From positions 32,001 through 96,000 of the IMG/VR virus record IMGVR_UViG_3300027963_004416: a stretch of DNA of 64,000 bases. One strand, written 5' to 3'. This document shows, piece by piece, positions 1 through 9,002 of this stretch (positions are counted from its first letter, which is position 1; every line of letters begins with the position of its first letter). Under the pieces are notes generated by a model. The model ran no database searches, was not told where the DNA came from, and worked only from the letters and a program-made list of their open reading frames with translations. Origin of the DNA: a virus. A program made the translations under genes and the position numbers.

Positions 1-2
1 TT

Positions 3-383
3 GAATTCAACGTTCCGATTGTTTCGGCTACTCAAACTACGCGTTCAGGTTATACTAATACTGATCTCGGTCTCGAAGACACTAGCGAGAGTTTCGGGCT
101 ACCGGCGACTGCCGATTTTATGTTCGCTCTTATATCGACCGAGGAAATGGAAGATCTTGGCCAAATACTGGTCAAACAACTTAAGAACAGGTACAATGAT
201 CCAAGCATGCATCGCAAGTTTGTGGTTGGTATTGACCGGGCGAAGATGAGACTTTATAACGTCGAGCAAGTCGCGCAAGACGATATTATAGATGATAAGC
301 CCCTTTTCGATCAGTCTTCTACAGGAGAGAGGTTGAGGGGAGAAAAGAAGTTTAATAAAGATATTTTTGATACATTTAAATGA
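3..383 (+). CDS. gp41: T4 gp41-like replicative DNA helicase, C-terminal part (truncated at window start)
   Basis: Frame 3 reads EFNVPIVSATQTTRSGY...TSESFGLPATADFMFALIS...KQLKNRYND, typical of the gp41/DnaB C-terminus. Confidence 0.95.
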   Translation, partial: EFNVPIVSATQTTRSGYTNTDLGLEDTSESFGLPATADFMFALISTEEMEDLGQILVKQLKNRYNDPSMHRKFVVGIDRAKMRLYNVEQVAQDDIIDDKPLFDQSSTGERLRGEKKFNKDIFDTFK

Positions 384-850
384 AATATTACAAATACGAT
401 TATGAAGAAGGAAAGCTGGCTAACTTTACTATTCGTGGTCGTAGTAGAAAAATTCTAAGAAATGCTGTGGAGTTTTTCGCTTCAAAGATTTTTACTCAGA
501 ACTCACTTTATAAGATACATTTCTTTATCAATGTAAAGAATAAACTTGAACAATCTGCTCTTGGTTATTGCTCGTTTAATAATGACTTTAATGAGCCGGA
601 GTTTGATATTGAGATACTAAATACTAAAGATATTGATGATATGCTTTCTACTCTGGCTCATGAAATGGTTCACGCTAGACAATATTATAGGAAAGAGCTT
701 AAATTCTCTAATAATAAGAATTATTGGAAGAAGCAAGAACATAGTGAGGATGACGGAATTAACAGTCCATGGGAACGAGAAGCTTATATTAACGAAAGAA
801 TCCTACTAGACCTTTTTAGAGATAATTATGACAGAAAAGAAAAAAGCTAA
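380..850 (+). CDS. Putative zinc metallopeptidase (HEXXH)
   Basis: LAHEMVHARQY and SPWEREAY motifs. Confidence 0.7.
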   Translation: MKYYKYDYEEGKLANFTIRGRSRKILRNAVEFFASKIFTQNSLYKIHFFINVKNKLEQSALGYCSFNNDFNEPEFDIEILNTKDIDDMLSTLAHEMVHARQYYRKELKFSNNKNYWKKQEHSEDDGINSPWEREAYINERILLDLFRDNYDRKEKS

Positions 851-1058
851 AGAAAAGTCATATCACCTTTATGTTTCTCTTAATTCAATTAAGGTTGGTG
901 ACTGGACTGTTAAAGCAAGTTCTATGGGTAGTAGAGGGATTCTTCTAATTCTTTTTAATGAAAAGACTATTGAATCTATTACTAGGTATTTTACAAATGA
1001 AATAGAGGCCGCTAGCTTTATGTCCGATCTAGGAGCTAGGGCCTCTAATAGAGCTTAA
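828..1058 (+). CDS. Hypothetical protein
   Basis: 76-aa ORF overlapping the upstream gene. Confidence 0.55.
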   Translation: MTEKKKAKEKSYHLYVSLNSIKVGDWTVKASSMGSRGILLILFNEKTIESITRYFTNEIEAASFMSDLGARASNRA

Positions 1059-1579
1059 TTAGCTAGAGGATTATCAAGAGCTTTCTTGATTTTATCATCT
1101 ACATCCTTACGAAGCTTTCTAAATTCACCATCATTCTCTTTATCGATTCTAGTCATCTCTGAGCGAAGATCCTTATCCAACTTGCTCATATCAGTTCTAG
1201 AATCTTTAACAGCATTATCCATATCACGCTGTGATTGTTTAGTATTTCTTTCGACCTGCTCAACTACTTCCTCTAGTCTACGAATATCAGCTTTGAGATC
1301 ATTTTTAATATCTCTAGTATAATCAGTAGATTTAGCAGAGTTTTCTTCTACTATAGCTAACTTCTTATCGATTTCAGATAAGTCTGGAGCAACGTAAGTT
1401 TGAATTGCTTCTTTCATATCCATATAATCTTTGTAGATTTCAAATCCACCCCAGAGAGTTCCTACAACAGCTGATACAATAGATCCAGCTAACATTAACT
1501 TCATTGGGGTAAAGCTAAAATTACCAATCTTTATTTCAGTATCAGCAATTTGTTCTTCTAAGTTTTTTTCTTCTAACAT
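1055..1579 (-). CDS. Membrane-anchored coiled-coil protein
   Basis: One hydrophobic segment (LMLAGSIVSAVVGTLWGGF) followed by a long charged helical region. Confidence 0.75.
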   Translation of the reverse strand: MLEEKNLEEQIADTEIKIGNFSFTPMKLMLAGSIVSAVVGTLWGGFEIYKDYMDMKEAIQTYVAPDLSEIDKKLAIVEENSAKSTDYTRDIKNDLKADIRRLEEVVEQVERNTKQSQRDMDNAVKDSRTDMSKLDKDLRSEMTRIDKENDGEFRKLRKDVDDKIKKALDNPLAN

Positions 1580-1580
1580 T

Positions 1581-3401
1581 TTAGTTACCTTTTAGTGAGT
1601 ATTGACTATCGATCATTTTTTCATGAAGCCTGTCACTACCACCTGATAAACCACGAAGCAAGCGTATATTATCAACATTATTTTGATTTTTATAAACTTC
1701 TACCTTCTTATAAAACTGAATATCTTTAAGAGTATTGTTTAAATAAGCATCAAACCCGGGAACAAATCCCATTGCTCCTATTACAATACCCTGATTATTA
1801 ATTTGTTCGTTCATTGATTTAGCTTGTCCCATGTTAGCAGCAGCTTGCGATCCTTTTTCAGCATTTGATTTCTGCGCAGATTCTTTAGCAGCGGCTCTAG
1901 CTGAAGCCATTTTAGCTGACTCAGGCTTGCTTTCAGTTTTAGTTTCTGACTTGGGTTCTGATTTAGACTCAGGTTTCGATTCTTGTTTACCAGGTTGACC
2001 TTGCTCCATCGGCGATTGCATTTGTGTAGACTGAGGCTGAGCTGTAAGGTTTACAGGAGCGGCTGGCGCAGCTCCTGTCGGTGCAGCGGTTGTAGCAGTT
2101 GATGTAATGGTCTGATTAACTACTGCATCAGGTACAAGGGCTACAGATGAAGGAGAGTTTGAAGAAGTCGAGACCGCAGTTGTTGACGCAGTTTCGGGTT
2201 TAGGAGTGTTTATTATATGTTGCTTGGCATATTCTTCAGCATACTTTGGACAGGTTCTATCGTATAGTCCATTAAGATTGCATTGTTGATTAAAGTAAGC
2301 AGTGCTGTACCCTGGGCAACCAGTATGATATAATGGATTCAACGAACATTGCTGATTGTAATACGCTAACTCATATCCCGGGCAACCAGTATCATAGAGA
2401 GGATTTAAAGAGCATTGATGGTTGTAATAAGCTTGATTGTAGCCAGGGCAACCAGTGTCGTATAAAGGATCAGTAGAACATTGCTGATTATAATATGCTT
2501 GTGTATACCCTGGGCATCCAGTATCGTACAGCGCGTTTAAAGAACATTGTTGAATATAATATGCTGCACCGTAACCGGGGCAGGAAGAACTAAACAGAGC
2601 AGTTATAGTGCACTGCTGGGCAAGATACGCTTCAGCATATCCCGGGCAAGAAGCATCGAATAGAGGATTAATTATACAAGGATTTCCTCCGCCTGTTCCT
2701 CCTAGTGCTTGCCATGAAACAGATCCACCTTGATTTATGTTTATCCCGCTCCCGTGATAGAATTGATAAAACTCACCCTTGCTTATATCTCCAATCATGC
2801 CTGAAGTAACCGGGCTTCCGGTTACAAGTGCTCCGGCTATTCTAGTATCAACAAGACCGGAAGCATCAATTTTTACTTCGAAGCTATTTCTATTATTAAT
2901 ATTTCCATACTGACTTACTCCGTACCACCCATATGTTAATGCATTAGCTTCGCGTAAGTAATAATGACTTCCTCCTTGATATGCTATTAAATCAGTCCAT
3001 AAAGGAACAATGGAATAATTGTATGCTGGGTTTCTTAAGGTGTTTAAGTTTTCTCCTGCGCAGCAAAAGCCTCCAGGAACATCTGGACCTTTAAAACTTA
3101 CTCCACCATTAGAATACATCCATGAGTTTGTAAAGCTTTGACCAAAGAAAGGAAAAGTAAACCCTAAAGGTATATTAACGTTACTATCATCACCCATAGT
3201 AACGTTAAAGGCTTGAGGGTTGTTTTTTATTTCAGCAAGAGGTATAGCATTTACACCTGTACCTACTGTTACGTTTAGTCCAGGTGCACCAGGAATAGGG
3301 ACGGTAATTATATCTGCTTTAGCAGGCTTAATAGCAGCTAATAATAAAACAGAGATAACAATTGCACCCCATAGTAAAAAGTTAATTAACTTATCTTTCA
3401 C
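1581..3401 (-). CDS. Secreted protein with NIDO-like domain, Cys-rich repeats and low-complexity linker
   Basis: Signal peptide (..PAKA/D); GDDSNVNIPLGFTFPFFG..YSNG..F..IVPLWTDL resembles nidogen-like domains; seven CxxxxLYxxxCPGY repeats. Confidence 0.7.
   Translation of the reverse strand: MKDKLINFLLWGAIVISVLLLAAIKPAKADIITVPIPGAPGLNVTVGTGVNAIPLAEIKNNPQAFNVTMGDDSNVNIPLGFTFPFFGQSFTNSWMYSNGGVSFKGPDVPGGFCCAGENLNTLRNPAYNYSIVPLWTDLIAYQGGSHYYLREANALTYGWYGVSQYGNINNRNSFEVKIDASGLVDTRIAGALVTGSPVTSGMIGDISKGEFYQFYHGSGININQGGSVSWQALGGTGGGNPCIINPLFDASCPGYAEAYLAQQCTITALFSSSCPGYGAAYYIQQCSLNALYDTGCPGYTQAYYNQQCSTDPLYDTGCPGYNQAYYNHQCSLNPLYDTGCPGYELAYYNQQCSLNPLYHTGCPGYSTAYFNQQCNLNGLYDRTCPKYAEEYAKQHIINTPKPETASTTAVSTSSNSPSSVALVPDAVVNQTITSTATTAAPTGAAPAAPVNLTAQPQSTQMQSPMEQGQPGKQESKPESKSEPKSETKTESKPESAKMASARAAAKESAQKSNAEKGSQAAANMGQAKSMNEQINNQGIVIGAMGFVPGFDAYLNNTLKDIQFYKKVEVYKNQNNVDNIRLLRGLSGGSDRLHEKMIDSQYSLKGN
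2217..2678 (-). repeat. Seven tandem 66-bp (22-aa) Cys-rich coding repeats
   Basis: Units such as CSLNPLYDTGCPGYxxAYYNQQ read directly from the translation. Confidence 0.9.
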
Positions 3402-3865
3402 TCTTTACTTTTTACTTTTTGAGGCTGGCGAGTTGGATTAGCTTCCCAAATTTCTCTAGCCTTTTCACCTATTTGACCATCAACAGGACAGGGCGTTCCA
3501 GCATTTAACATAGCTGAGAATACTCTTTCATCTTGACAGAGAACAGATACTGCAGCTACTTTCATGCCCATGTCATAAAGATTCTTAGCAAGCTTTAAGC
3601 GCTCACAATTCTTATCGACATAGGTAGAACCAATAGCAATGCCTAGGATTTGAGTTTGAGCTGCTCCAGAAATACCAACAGCGCATACATCGCTATTAAT
3701 ACTTGTGAAGGATGGAGCTACAGCGGTTGGAGGAGGTGACTTGACGGTAGTTTCGCTTTTAGAGTCAGAGAAGCTTCTTGTAGTCGAATCAGTAACGATT
3801 GGCTCAGCGAATGAAGAAGAAGCAAATAATATAGCCATAACCAATGCAAGAGTGTTTTTATTCAT
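3398..3865 (-). CDS. Secreted Cys-containing phage protein
   Basis: Signal peptide, SPPPTAVAP, four Cys; 4-bp overlap with the downstream gene. Confidence 0.8.
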   Translation of the reverse strand: MNKNTLALVMAILFASSSFAEPIVTDSTTRSFSDSKSETTVKSPPPTAVAPSFTSINSDVCAVGISGAAQTQILGIAIGSTYVDKNCERLKLAKNLYDMGMKVAAVSVLCQDERVFSAMLNAGTPCPVDGQIGEKAREIWEANPTRQPQKVKSKE

Positions 3866-3892
3866 GTTATTCCCTTGGGTTAGTTTACAGCG

Positions 3893-4504
3893 TTAGTATT
3901 TATTAAAGTTGTCAGCTGTGGACTTTGATCTCCCTAATCTATATCCTTCTGGTATCTTATCTGTGACTCTAATAACCTTTTCTTCTCCTGTGATAGGATT
4001 AAAACAGAAGGTCCATCCTTCCCTATGCTTGTTACCTATCTTTTTCTCTGCTATCTTTCGTTTTGATTCTTCAGTATGTTTTTTACCTGTGAAATTACTA
4101 GGTTGAGTCTTCTTTGTAGCGCTTATTTTCTGCTTATGCTCTTCAGTTAAGCCATTAGCATTTGGATGTAGTTCTTTGCTAAACTGTTTTCTTCTTCTTT
4201 CTCTATCTTCATCGGTAATCTTAAACTTAGTACCTGGTTTAGGACCGGGCTTTAACGGTTTTCTTAGAGGGTTTCTTAGAGGGGATACTTCTTTTTTGTC
4301 TAAGAAAGTTTTAACCGGGCATTTATATAACTTTCTTAGAGGTTCTATGCGGTTTCCCGCTATGAATTTGTCTTGATGTTTCTCTAATAATTCTATATGA
4401 AATAATCTAGGAGAATATTCTATGAAAACTGTCTTTTCTCCATCAAAGATATGGATTAACTTAGACTGAGTTAGCTTTTCAGTTATTAGATACACGCAGT
4501 ACAT
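3893..4504 (-). CDS. Free-standing homing endonuclease-like protein with NUMOD3 motifs
   Basis: N-terminal YCVYLI (GIY-YIG-like); LTEEHKQKIS and FTGKKHTEESKRKIAEKKIG NUMOD3 repeats; C-terminal IPEGYRLGR. Confidence 0.65.
   Translation of the reverse strand: MYCVYLITEKLTQSKLIHIFDGEKTVFIEYSPRLFHIELLEKHQDKFIAGNRIEPLRKLYKCPVKTFLDKKEVSPLRNPLRKPLKPGPKPGTKFKITDEDRERRRKQFSKELHPNANGLTEEHKQKISATKKTQPSNFTGKKHTEESKRKIAEKKIGNKHREGWTFCFNPITGEEKVIRVTDKIPEGYRLGRSKSTADNFNKY
3897..3904 (-). promoter_or_regulatory. Putative T4-type late promoter (AATAAATA)
   Basis: One mismatch to TATAAATA, about 30 nt upstream of the 3865 start. Confidence 0.5.
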
Positions 4505-4578
4505 AAGATAAGGTTATTAAAGCACTTTCGAAAATTGTTATCTATATCTATCTTGGCTAAAATCAGGGGAGAAAGTGG

Positions 4579-4607
4579 TTGACTTTTTTTCCGAGCGCTC
4601 GTAAAAT
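4579..4607 (+). promoter_or_regulatory. Early sigma70-type promoter
   Basis: TTGACT-17-TAAAAT followed by leader GGGAAACACACACAAGGAGA. Confidence 0.85.
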
Positions 4608-4645
4608 GATTGTGTTGTTAGGGAAACACACACAAGGAGACATAG

Positions 4646-5155
4646 ATGAGCAGCAACAAGACCGATATCAAAGTAGACGAAAACGTTTTCACTACCGTCC
4701 AGATCAATACCTACATGAAGGGTAACCTGGAAGTTTTTCGCAAGGTTGTCGCAGCAGCGAAGAAGGCTATCGAAGCTCCGTTGCGCGAAAAGCTGACAGA
4801 TGCAGGTAACGATGTTCGTATCATATACTACCTGAAGAACCTCAAGACCAAGCGCACGCACGGCAAGTGCATCCGTAGCAGTAACGGCAAGCTGATTACC
4901 GTACTGCTTAACGCAAAGGTTTTGCCGAGCTTCAAGGATATGGCTGAGACGCTCGGTCATGAGATGGTTCACGTTGAGCAGTACATGTCCGGGCGCCTTG
5001 CTCGCGACGGGTATCACCACGTCTGGAACGGTCAGAAGCATGTAGGTCGCGGTGCTACCTTCGAGAGCTATCGCAACCTGCCTTGGGAGATTGAGGCGTT
5101 CGATCGCCAGGCTGCCGAAGCTTCGAAGATCGTCAATGCGTACCACAAGGGTTGA
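4646..5155 (+). CDS. Early zinc metallopeptidase-like protein (HEXXH)
   Basis: LGHEMVHVEQY...LPWEIEAF; strong RBS. Confidence 0.75.
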   Translation: MSSNKTDIKVDENVFTTVQINTYMKGNLEVFRKVVAAAKKAIEAPLREKLTDAGNDVRIIYYLKNLKTKRTHGKCIRSSNGKLITVLLNAKVLPSFKDMAETLGHEMVHVEQYMSGRLARDGYHHVWNGQKHVGRGATFESYRNLPWEIEAFDRQAAEASKIVNAYHKG

Positions 5156-5180
5156 CTTTATTTCTGCGTGACGCTATCAT
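5152..5180 (+). promoter_or_regulatory. Early sigma70-type promoter
   Basis: TTGACT-17-TATCAT; the TGA of the -35 is the upstream stop codon; same leader as 4579. Confidence 0.8.
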
Positions 5181-5218
5181 GTATTGGTCGTTAGGGAAAA
5201 CACACACAAGGAGAGAAA

Positions 5219-6094
5219 ATGATTTCTGTGACTCAAGTCGGTAACAAGTTCGTCGGTTCGATCGACGGTGTCGAAGTTGTTCGTTCGGTGAACGCTTCGT
5301 ATGTCAACAAGAAGGTTCGCGAGATGAGCTCGTCAAGCTTCATACCTCAAGCTGCTGAACCGGTTTCGCAGTTCGGCATTAATCAGCGTTTTGACTTTAC
5401 TTCAGATCTCGTGACGATGGTCGCGAAGGGTCAGACTGCTTCGGCCGTTATTACTGGCGAAGGCGGTCTTGGCAAGTCGTTTACGGTAGTTGCTGCTCTG
5501 AAGGCCGCTGGTCTGAAAGACTTTAGCGAAAAGGAACCGGGTGAGGTTGCTGCTCCGCGTTCGACTTATCGCATCGTTAAGGGCTTTTCGACTGCGAAGG
5601 GTCTTTATCGTGTTCTGTATGAGAACCGTAACTCGATTATCGTTTTCGATGATTGCGATAGCATTCTGAAGGACGCTGATGCGCTTAACCTGCTCAAGGG
5701 TGCGCTTGATTCGTATGATCGTCGCATTATCTCGTGGAATACTTCGCGTATTGACGATCTGCCGCGTTTCTTCCAGTTCAAGGGCGGGGTCGTGTTCATC
5801 TCGAATATGCCGCAATCAAAGATCGATCAGGCTATTCGTTCGCGTTCGATGAACGTTGACCTGTCGATGACGACCGATCAGAAGATCGAGCGCATGGAGA
5901 CTCTCGTTATTACTCCGAGCTTTCAGCCGGATATGAATGCAGGTGTTAAGCGTGATGCTCTTGATCTGATTAAGCAGAAGCGTAATGAGGCTCGTGAGAT
6001 TAGCTTGCGTACGCTGCTGATGGTTGCGAAGATTCGTAACTCGGGTAAGCCGGACTGGAAGAGCCTGGCGACTTATATGCTGGTTAACGGTTAA
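5219..6094 (+). CDS. AAA+ family P-loop ATPase
   Basis: Walker A GEGGLGKS, Walker B IIVFDD, sensor VVFISN, arginine finger IRSR. Confidence 0.85.
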   Translation: MISVTQVGNKFVGSIDGVEVVRSVNASYVNKKVREMSSSSFIPQAAEPVSQFGINQRFDFTSDLVTMVAKGQTASAVITGEGGLGKSFTVVAALKAAGLKDFSEKEPGEVAAPRSTYRIVKGFSTAKGLYRVLYENRNSIIVFDDCDSILKDADALNLLKGALDSYDRRIISWNTSRIDDLPRFFQFKGGVVFISNMPQSKIDQAIRSRSMNVDLSMTTDQKIERMETLVITPSFQPDMNAGVKRDALDLIKQKRNEAREISLRTLLMVAKIRNSGKPDWKSLATYMLVNG

Positions 6095-6095
6095 A

Positions 6096-6320
6096 ATGAA
6101 CAACCGATTAACTGCATTGGTTAATGTTGCCACTAGAGCTACGGCAAACAAGCCAGAAACTATGCCAGCTCTTTTGGCGCAGCTTATTATTGAAGACTGT
6201 ATTAAGTTGTGTAATATAGATTCTGATAGTGATAAGACATGGGAAATTGATATTGGCAGAATGATGGCTGCTGCAGAGATTCAATTAAAAATAAAAAAGG
6301 CATATAAAGATAATGATTAG
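6096..6320 (+). CDS. Hypothetical protein
   Basis: ATG immediately after the ATPase stop. Confidence 0.55.
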   Translation: MNNRLTALVNVATRATANKPETMPALLAQLIIEDCIKLCNIDSDSDKTWEIDIGRMMAAAEIQLKIKKAYKDND

Positions 6321-6624
6321 TGTTCGTGAGATTACTAACTGGGATTGGAGTAATCATACCTATTTTCTTAATGACTCTCAAAACAAGCTATTAGGTTATC
6401 AAATAGATGGCGAGAAACCGGTCACGTTCACCTCGCCGATGGACTTCGATAAACGCGGGCGTAAGTTTGAAGTTATTAAAGCTGATACAGAAAAGAATAC
6501 TCGCATCATTCGAGGTTCAAAAGGTAGTGTTTATTATATTACTAATGTAAATGGCGTTGAACGATGTACGTGTACTGGATTTAAGTATCACGGCAAATGC
6601 AAACATATTAAGGAGGCAGTATGA
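6313..6624 (+). CDS. SWIM zinc-finger protein
   Basis: GSKGSVYYI...CTCTGFKYHGKCKH. Confidence 0.8.
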   Translation: MISVREITNWDWSNHTYFLNDSQNKLLGYQIDGEKPVTFTSPMDFDKRGRKFEVIKADTEKNTRIIRGSKGSVYYITNVNGVERCTCTGFKYHGKCKHIKEAV

Positions 6625-6776
6625 GTAAGTCACCGTTTGAAATTCGTCTAGATATTTTCCGTCAAGCATATCATATTACATGGGAAAATTCTAATAAGGA
6701 TGCTACAGCAGAAGAAGTAATTAACGCTTCTTTTGAACTAGCTGCACGTATTAAGGCCTTTGTGGATAAAAGCTAA
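6621..6776 (+). CDS. Small hypothetical protein (MSKSPFEIRLDIF...)
   Basis: 51-aa ORF not in the track; GGAGG RBS; overlaps both neighbours. Confidence 0.7.
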   Translation: MSKSPFEIRLDIFRQAYHITWENSNKDATAEEVINASFELAARIKAFVDKS

Positions 6777-7126
6777 TGAGCGATAATATTATTAAGCCTT
6801 TCGATCTTCAAGAAACTATTGACGATTTTATCGATTATTTCGATTGGGAACGCGTTAATGATGTGATGGAACATTTGGATTGGAGATGGGCTACTATCGG
6901 AAACGATATTCCTTCTATTCCTCAAATGAAGAAGCATGCTCGTAAATATCTTCGAGAAGTCGCTGAAGGAGTATTGAAGCAAGCAACTGAAAAACCAGAT
7001 CTTGATTCGGTAAACTATTATACTAGTACAGGTGGCTTTTATTACGAAGCTACCAAATACAAAGATAGCGATAAAATCTATCTAAAGATGCACTTCGCCG
7101 TATCGGAGTGGAGCAATTACGACTAG
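6776..7126 (+). CDS. Hypothetical protein
   Basis: 116-aa ORF coupled by TAATG. Confidence 0.7.
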   Translation: MSDNIIKPFDLQETIDDFIDYFDWERVNDVMEHLDWRWATIGNDIPSIPQMKKHARKYLREVAEGVLKQATEKPDLDSVNYYTSTGGFYYEATKYKDSDKIYLKMHFAVSEWSNYD

Positions 7127-7155
7127 TTGACTTTATTTCTTCGTCACGCTACAAT
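7127..7155 (+). promoter_or_regulatory. Early sigma70-type promoter
   Basis: TTGACT-17-TACAAT. Confidence 0.85.
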
Positions 7156-7180
7156 GTCTATGTTGAGTGAGGAGAACGAA

Positions 7181-7306
7181 ATGAAACCAAGGAACTTTTT
7201 TGCAGTGCATGCGCACTTCCGCAAGGGCGGTGCGCATGGTAAGACCAACAAGGCTAATCGCAAGCAAGGTAAGCAGAACCTTCAAAAGGAGCTTCGTAGT
7301 GTTTGA
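7181..7306 (+). CDS. Small basic early protein (MKPRNFFAVHAHFRKGGAHGKTNK...)
   Basis: 41-aa ORF behind a GAGGAG RBS and promoter. Confidence 0.7.
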   Translation: MKPRNFFAVHAHFRKGGAHGKTNKANRKQGKQNLQKELRSV

Positions 7307-7529
7307 TTCTCATGCTCGAGAACAGAACTTCGAGGAATCCGAGATGGGCCAGCTACATGCTATCCATCTAAGCGAGAACGCCGTAGCGAGGGTGAGAGCA
7401 GGTCTCTCCTATGCTCCTAGCCTGTCGCATTGTATTGACTGCGGAGAAGAAATTCCAGAAGCCCGGCGCAAAGCTGCATCAGGCGTATGTCGATGCATCT
7501 TTTGTCAAGAGGATTTCGAAAGGAGATAG
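7299..7529 (+). CDS. TraR/DksA C4-type zinc-finger protein
   Basis: CIDCGEEIPEARR...CRCIFCQ; GTG start with AGGAG RBS. Confidence 0.85.
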   Translation: MFDSHAREQNFEESEMGQLHAIHLSENAVARVRAGLSYAPSLSHCIDCGEEIPEARRKAASGVCRCIFCQEDFERR

Positions 7530-7530
7530 C

Positions 7531-7665
7531 ATGAGTCGTTATCGCTACTGGATGGACAATAGATGCCCTCGATTGCTAAAGTTCCTTGACCAGTTTACTT
7601 TCATAGAGTGGGCTTTTGTGGTTGCTTTAATTTCTTTTCCCCTGTATACTGTCTTTGTTAACTAA
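7531..7665 (+). CDS. Small membrane protein
   Basis: AGGAG RBS; hydrophobic C-terminus. Confidence 0.6.
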   Translation: MSRYRYWMDNRCPRLLKFLDQFTFIEWAFVVALISFPLYTVFVN

Positions 7666-7677
7666 GGAGACACACAC

Positions 7678-7866
7678 ATGACGAACTTGACGAACGATCA
7701 ACGCGGCGAAACTATCCTCAACCTCATCGAGGCTGGCGATATGGATATTCGCTTCATTGCCAACCGACTGGTTGCGCGCAATCCTGAGCAAGCAGCGCTG
7801 CTTGCCGACTTCCTAAACACCTACATTCAAATCTTTGACGTGAAGAACTCGCAGGAGGTTGCGTAA
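7678..7866 (+). CDS. Hypothetical protein
   Basis: AAGGAG RBS, 62 aa. Confidence 0.7.
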   Translation: MTNLTNDQRGETILNLIEAGDMDIRFIANRLVARNPEQAALLADFLNTYIQIFDVKNSQEVA

Positions 7867-8351
7867 TGTTTACTCTTACTAAAGAAGAGCAAGAGAGCAT
7901 TCATAATGGCATTTGTCGTCTTGAGAGCGCTATTCAAGAGCTTGAGGATGTCCTTTCGCCTCGTTTGATTAGTACTCTTCAAAAGGCCAAGCAGGGTATT
8001 GAAAAAGGCTTCAAAAACGTTCGCTTGCAGGAAGCCGAATGGTTTAATACTCAGATGGATGTTTTTGAACAGATTCGAATGGCTAACGGGCTTCATACTA
8101 CCTGGTCTATTTTCGAAGTCGAGAATATCTACGACGATTCTAAAATCCGAGGTACTACTTTGGTATTTGAGGGCTGGGAAAGTGATGCCGAGGTTCCCAT
8201 TACCTGTAATCCGATTAACGGTGAAGTGTCTTGGATGCATTTGTGGATGGCTGCCGATAAGGCTATTCAGGAATCTAACGATCATCATACCTTTATTGAG
8301 AAGTTCATTCCGATGTCCGATGGGCGCGTTCGTCTGATTTGTGGGAGCTAA
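7866..8351 (+). CDS. Hypothetical protein
   Basis: 161-aa ORF, GGAGG RBS. Confidence 0.75.
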   Translation: MFTLTKEEQESIHNGICRLESAIQELEDVLSPRLISTLQKAKQGIEKGFKNVRLQEAEWFNTQMDVFEQIRMANGLHTTWSIFEVENIYDDSKIRGTTLVFEGWESDAEVPITCNPINGEVSWMHLWMAADKAIQESNDHHTFIEKFIPMSDGRVRLICGS

Positions 8352-8352
8352 T

Positions 8353-8532
8353 ATGAACGAATATTTTAAGAAACAAATTGAAGAAGGTGCCACAAACCAG
8401 TTTTTCTATGCTATAATGCAAGAAGGTAACTTGACCATTCAGCGGCATCGTGGCACACTGGATACCTTGCCCATGTTAGAATATGTGCGGCACTTGACTG
8501 ATGGTGTGCCCCTGTTCAAGGAAACAAAATGA
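8353..8532 (+). CDS. Hypothetical protein
   Basis: GGAG RBS before ATG 8353. Confidence 0.55.
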   Translation: MNEYFKKQIEEGATNQFFYAIMQEGNLTIQRHRGTLDTLPMLEYVRHLTDGVPLFKETK

Positions 8533-8756
8533 ACCAACGAATTCGAGAACTTGCTGAACAGGCTGGATTTTATTATACTGACAAGACTGGGTTTATTACA
8601 CCTGCTGGTTGTAATCCTGCAAAGTTCGCCGAGTTGATTGTGCAGGAATGTTTAGGCATTGTAGACGATGCTGAACGAGGTGGTAGTAATGATATTTGGG
8701 ACAATGCCGTGAAGTTTATTAAACGAGATTTACAAGAACATTTCGGAGTTGAATGA
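8529..8756 (+). CDS. Hypothetical phage protein (MNQRIRELAEQAG...KFAELIVQEC type)
   Basis: Recurrent phage sequence pattern; ATGA overlaps. Confidence 0.7.
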   Translation: MNQRIRELAEQAGFYYTDKTGFITPAGCNPAKFAELIVQECLGIVDDAERGGSNDIWDNAVKFIKRDLQEHFGVE

Positions 8757-8971
8757 TGGGATTCTTTAATACTGGTATTCCTCGTTATAGTTACCGCGGT
8801 AGTAATGATCGTATTCCTTCGCGGGATGATAATTCATATTGCGCATACAAAGCTCCTGAGAAGCGTTATACTGGGAACAATATGGTAGGTATTACCATTA
8901 TGCACAAGAGCTGCCTTCAGCCTATCTTTAATGAAGAGTCGGCTATTGATGCTGCTACAATGAGACGTTGA
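8753..8971 (+). CDS. Hypothetical protein (YTG..GI..MHKS type)
   Basis: Pattern common in T4-like phages; overlap with upstream gene. Confidence 0.65.
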   Translation: MMGFFNTGIPRYSYRGSNDRIPSRDDNSYCAYKAPEKRYTGNNMVGITIMHKSCLQPIFNEESAIDAATMRR

Positions 8972-8996
8972 GTTATTATTCATTATAGGTCATAAT
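8968..8996 (+). promoter_or_regulatory. Sigma70-type promoter
   Basis: TTGAGT-17-CATAAT; ATG 6 nt downstream suggests a leaderless mRNA. Confidence 0.55.
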
Positions 8997-9002
8997 AGAG
9001 CT

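Noticed and set aside
4538-5146. 202-aa minus-strand ORF (also 5402-5815, 11806-12393, 13376-14107, 42397-42915, 54503-55372)
   Set aside because: Antisense shadows of well-supported genes; no RBS or recognisable motifs
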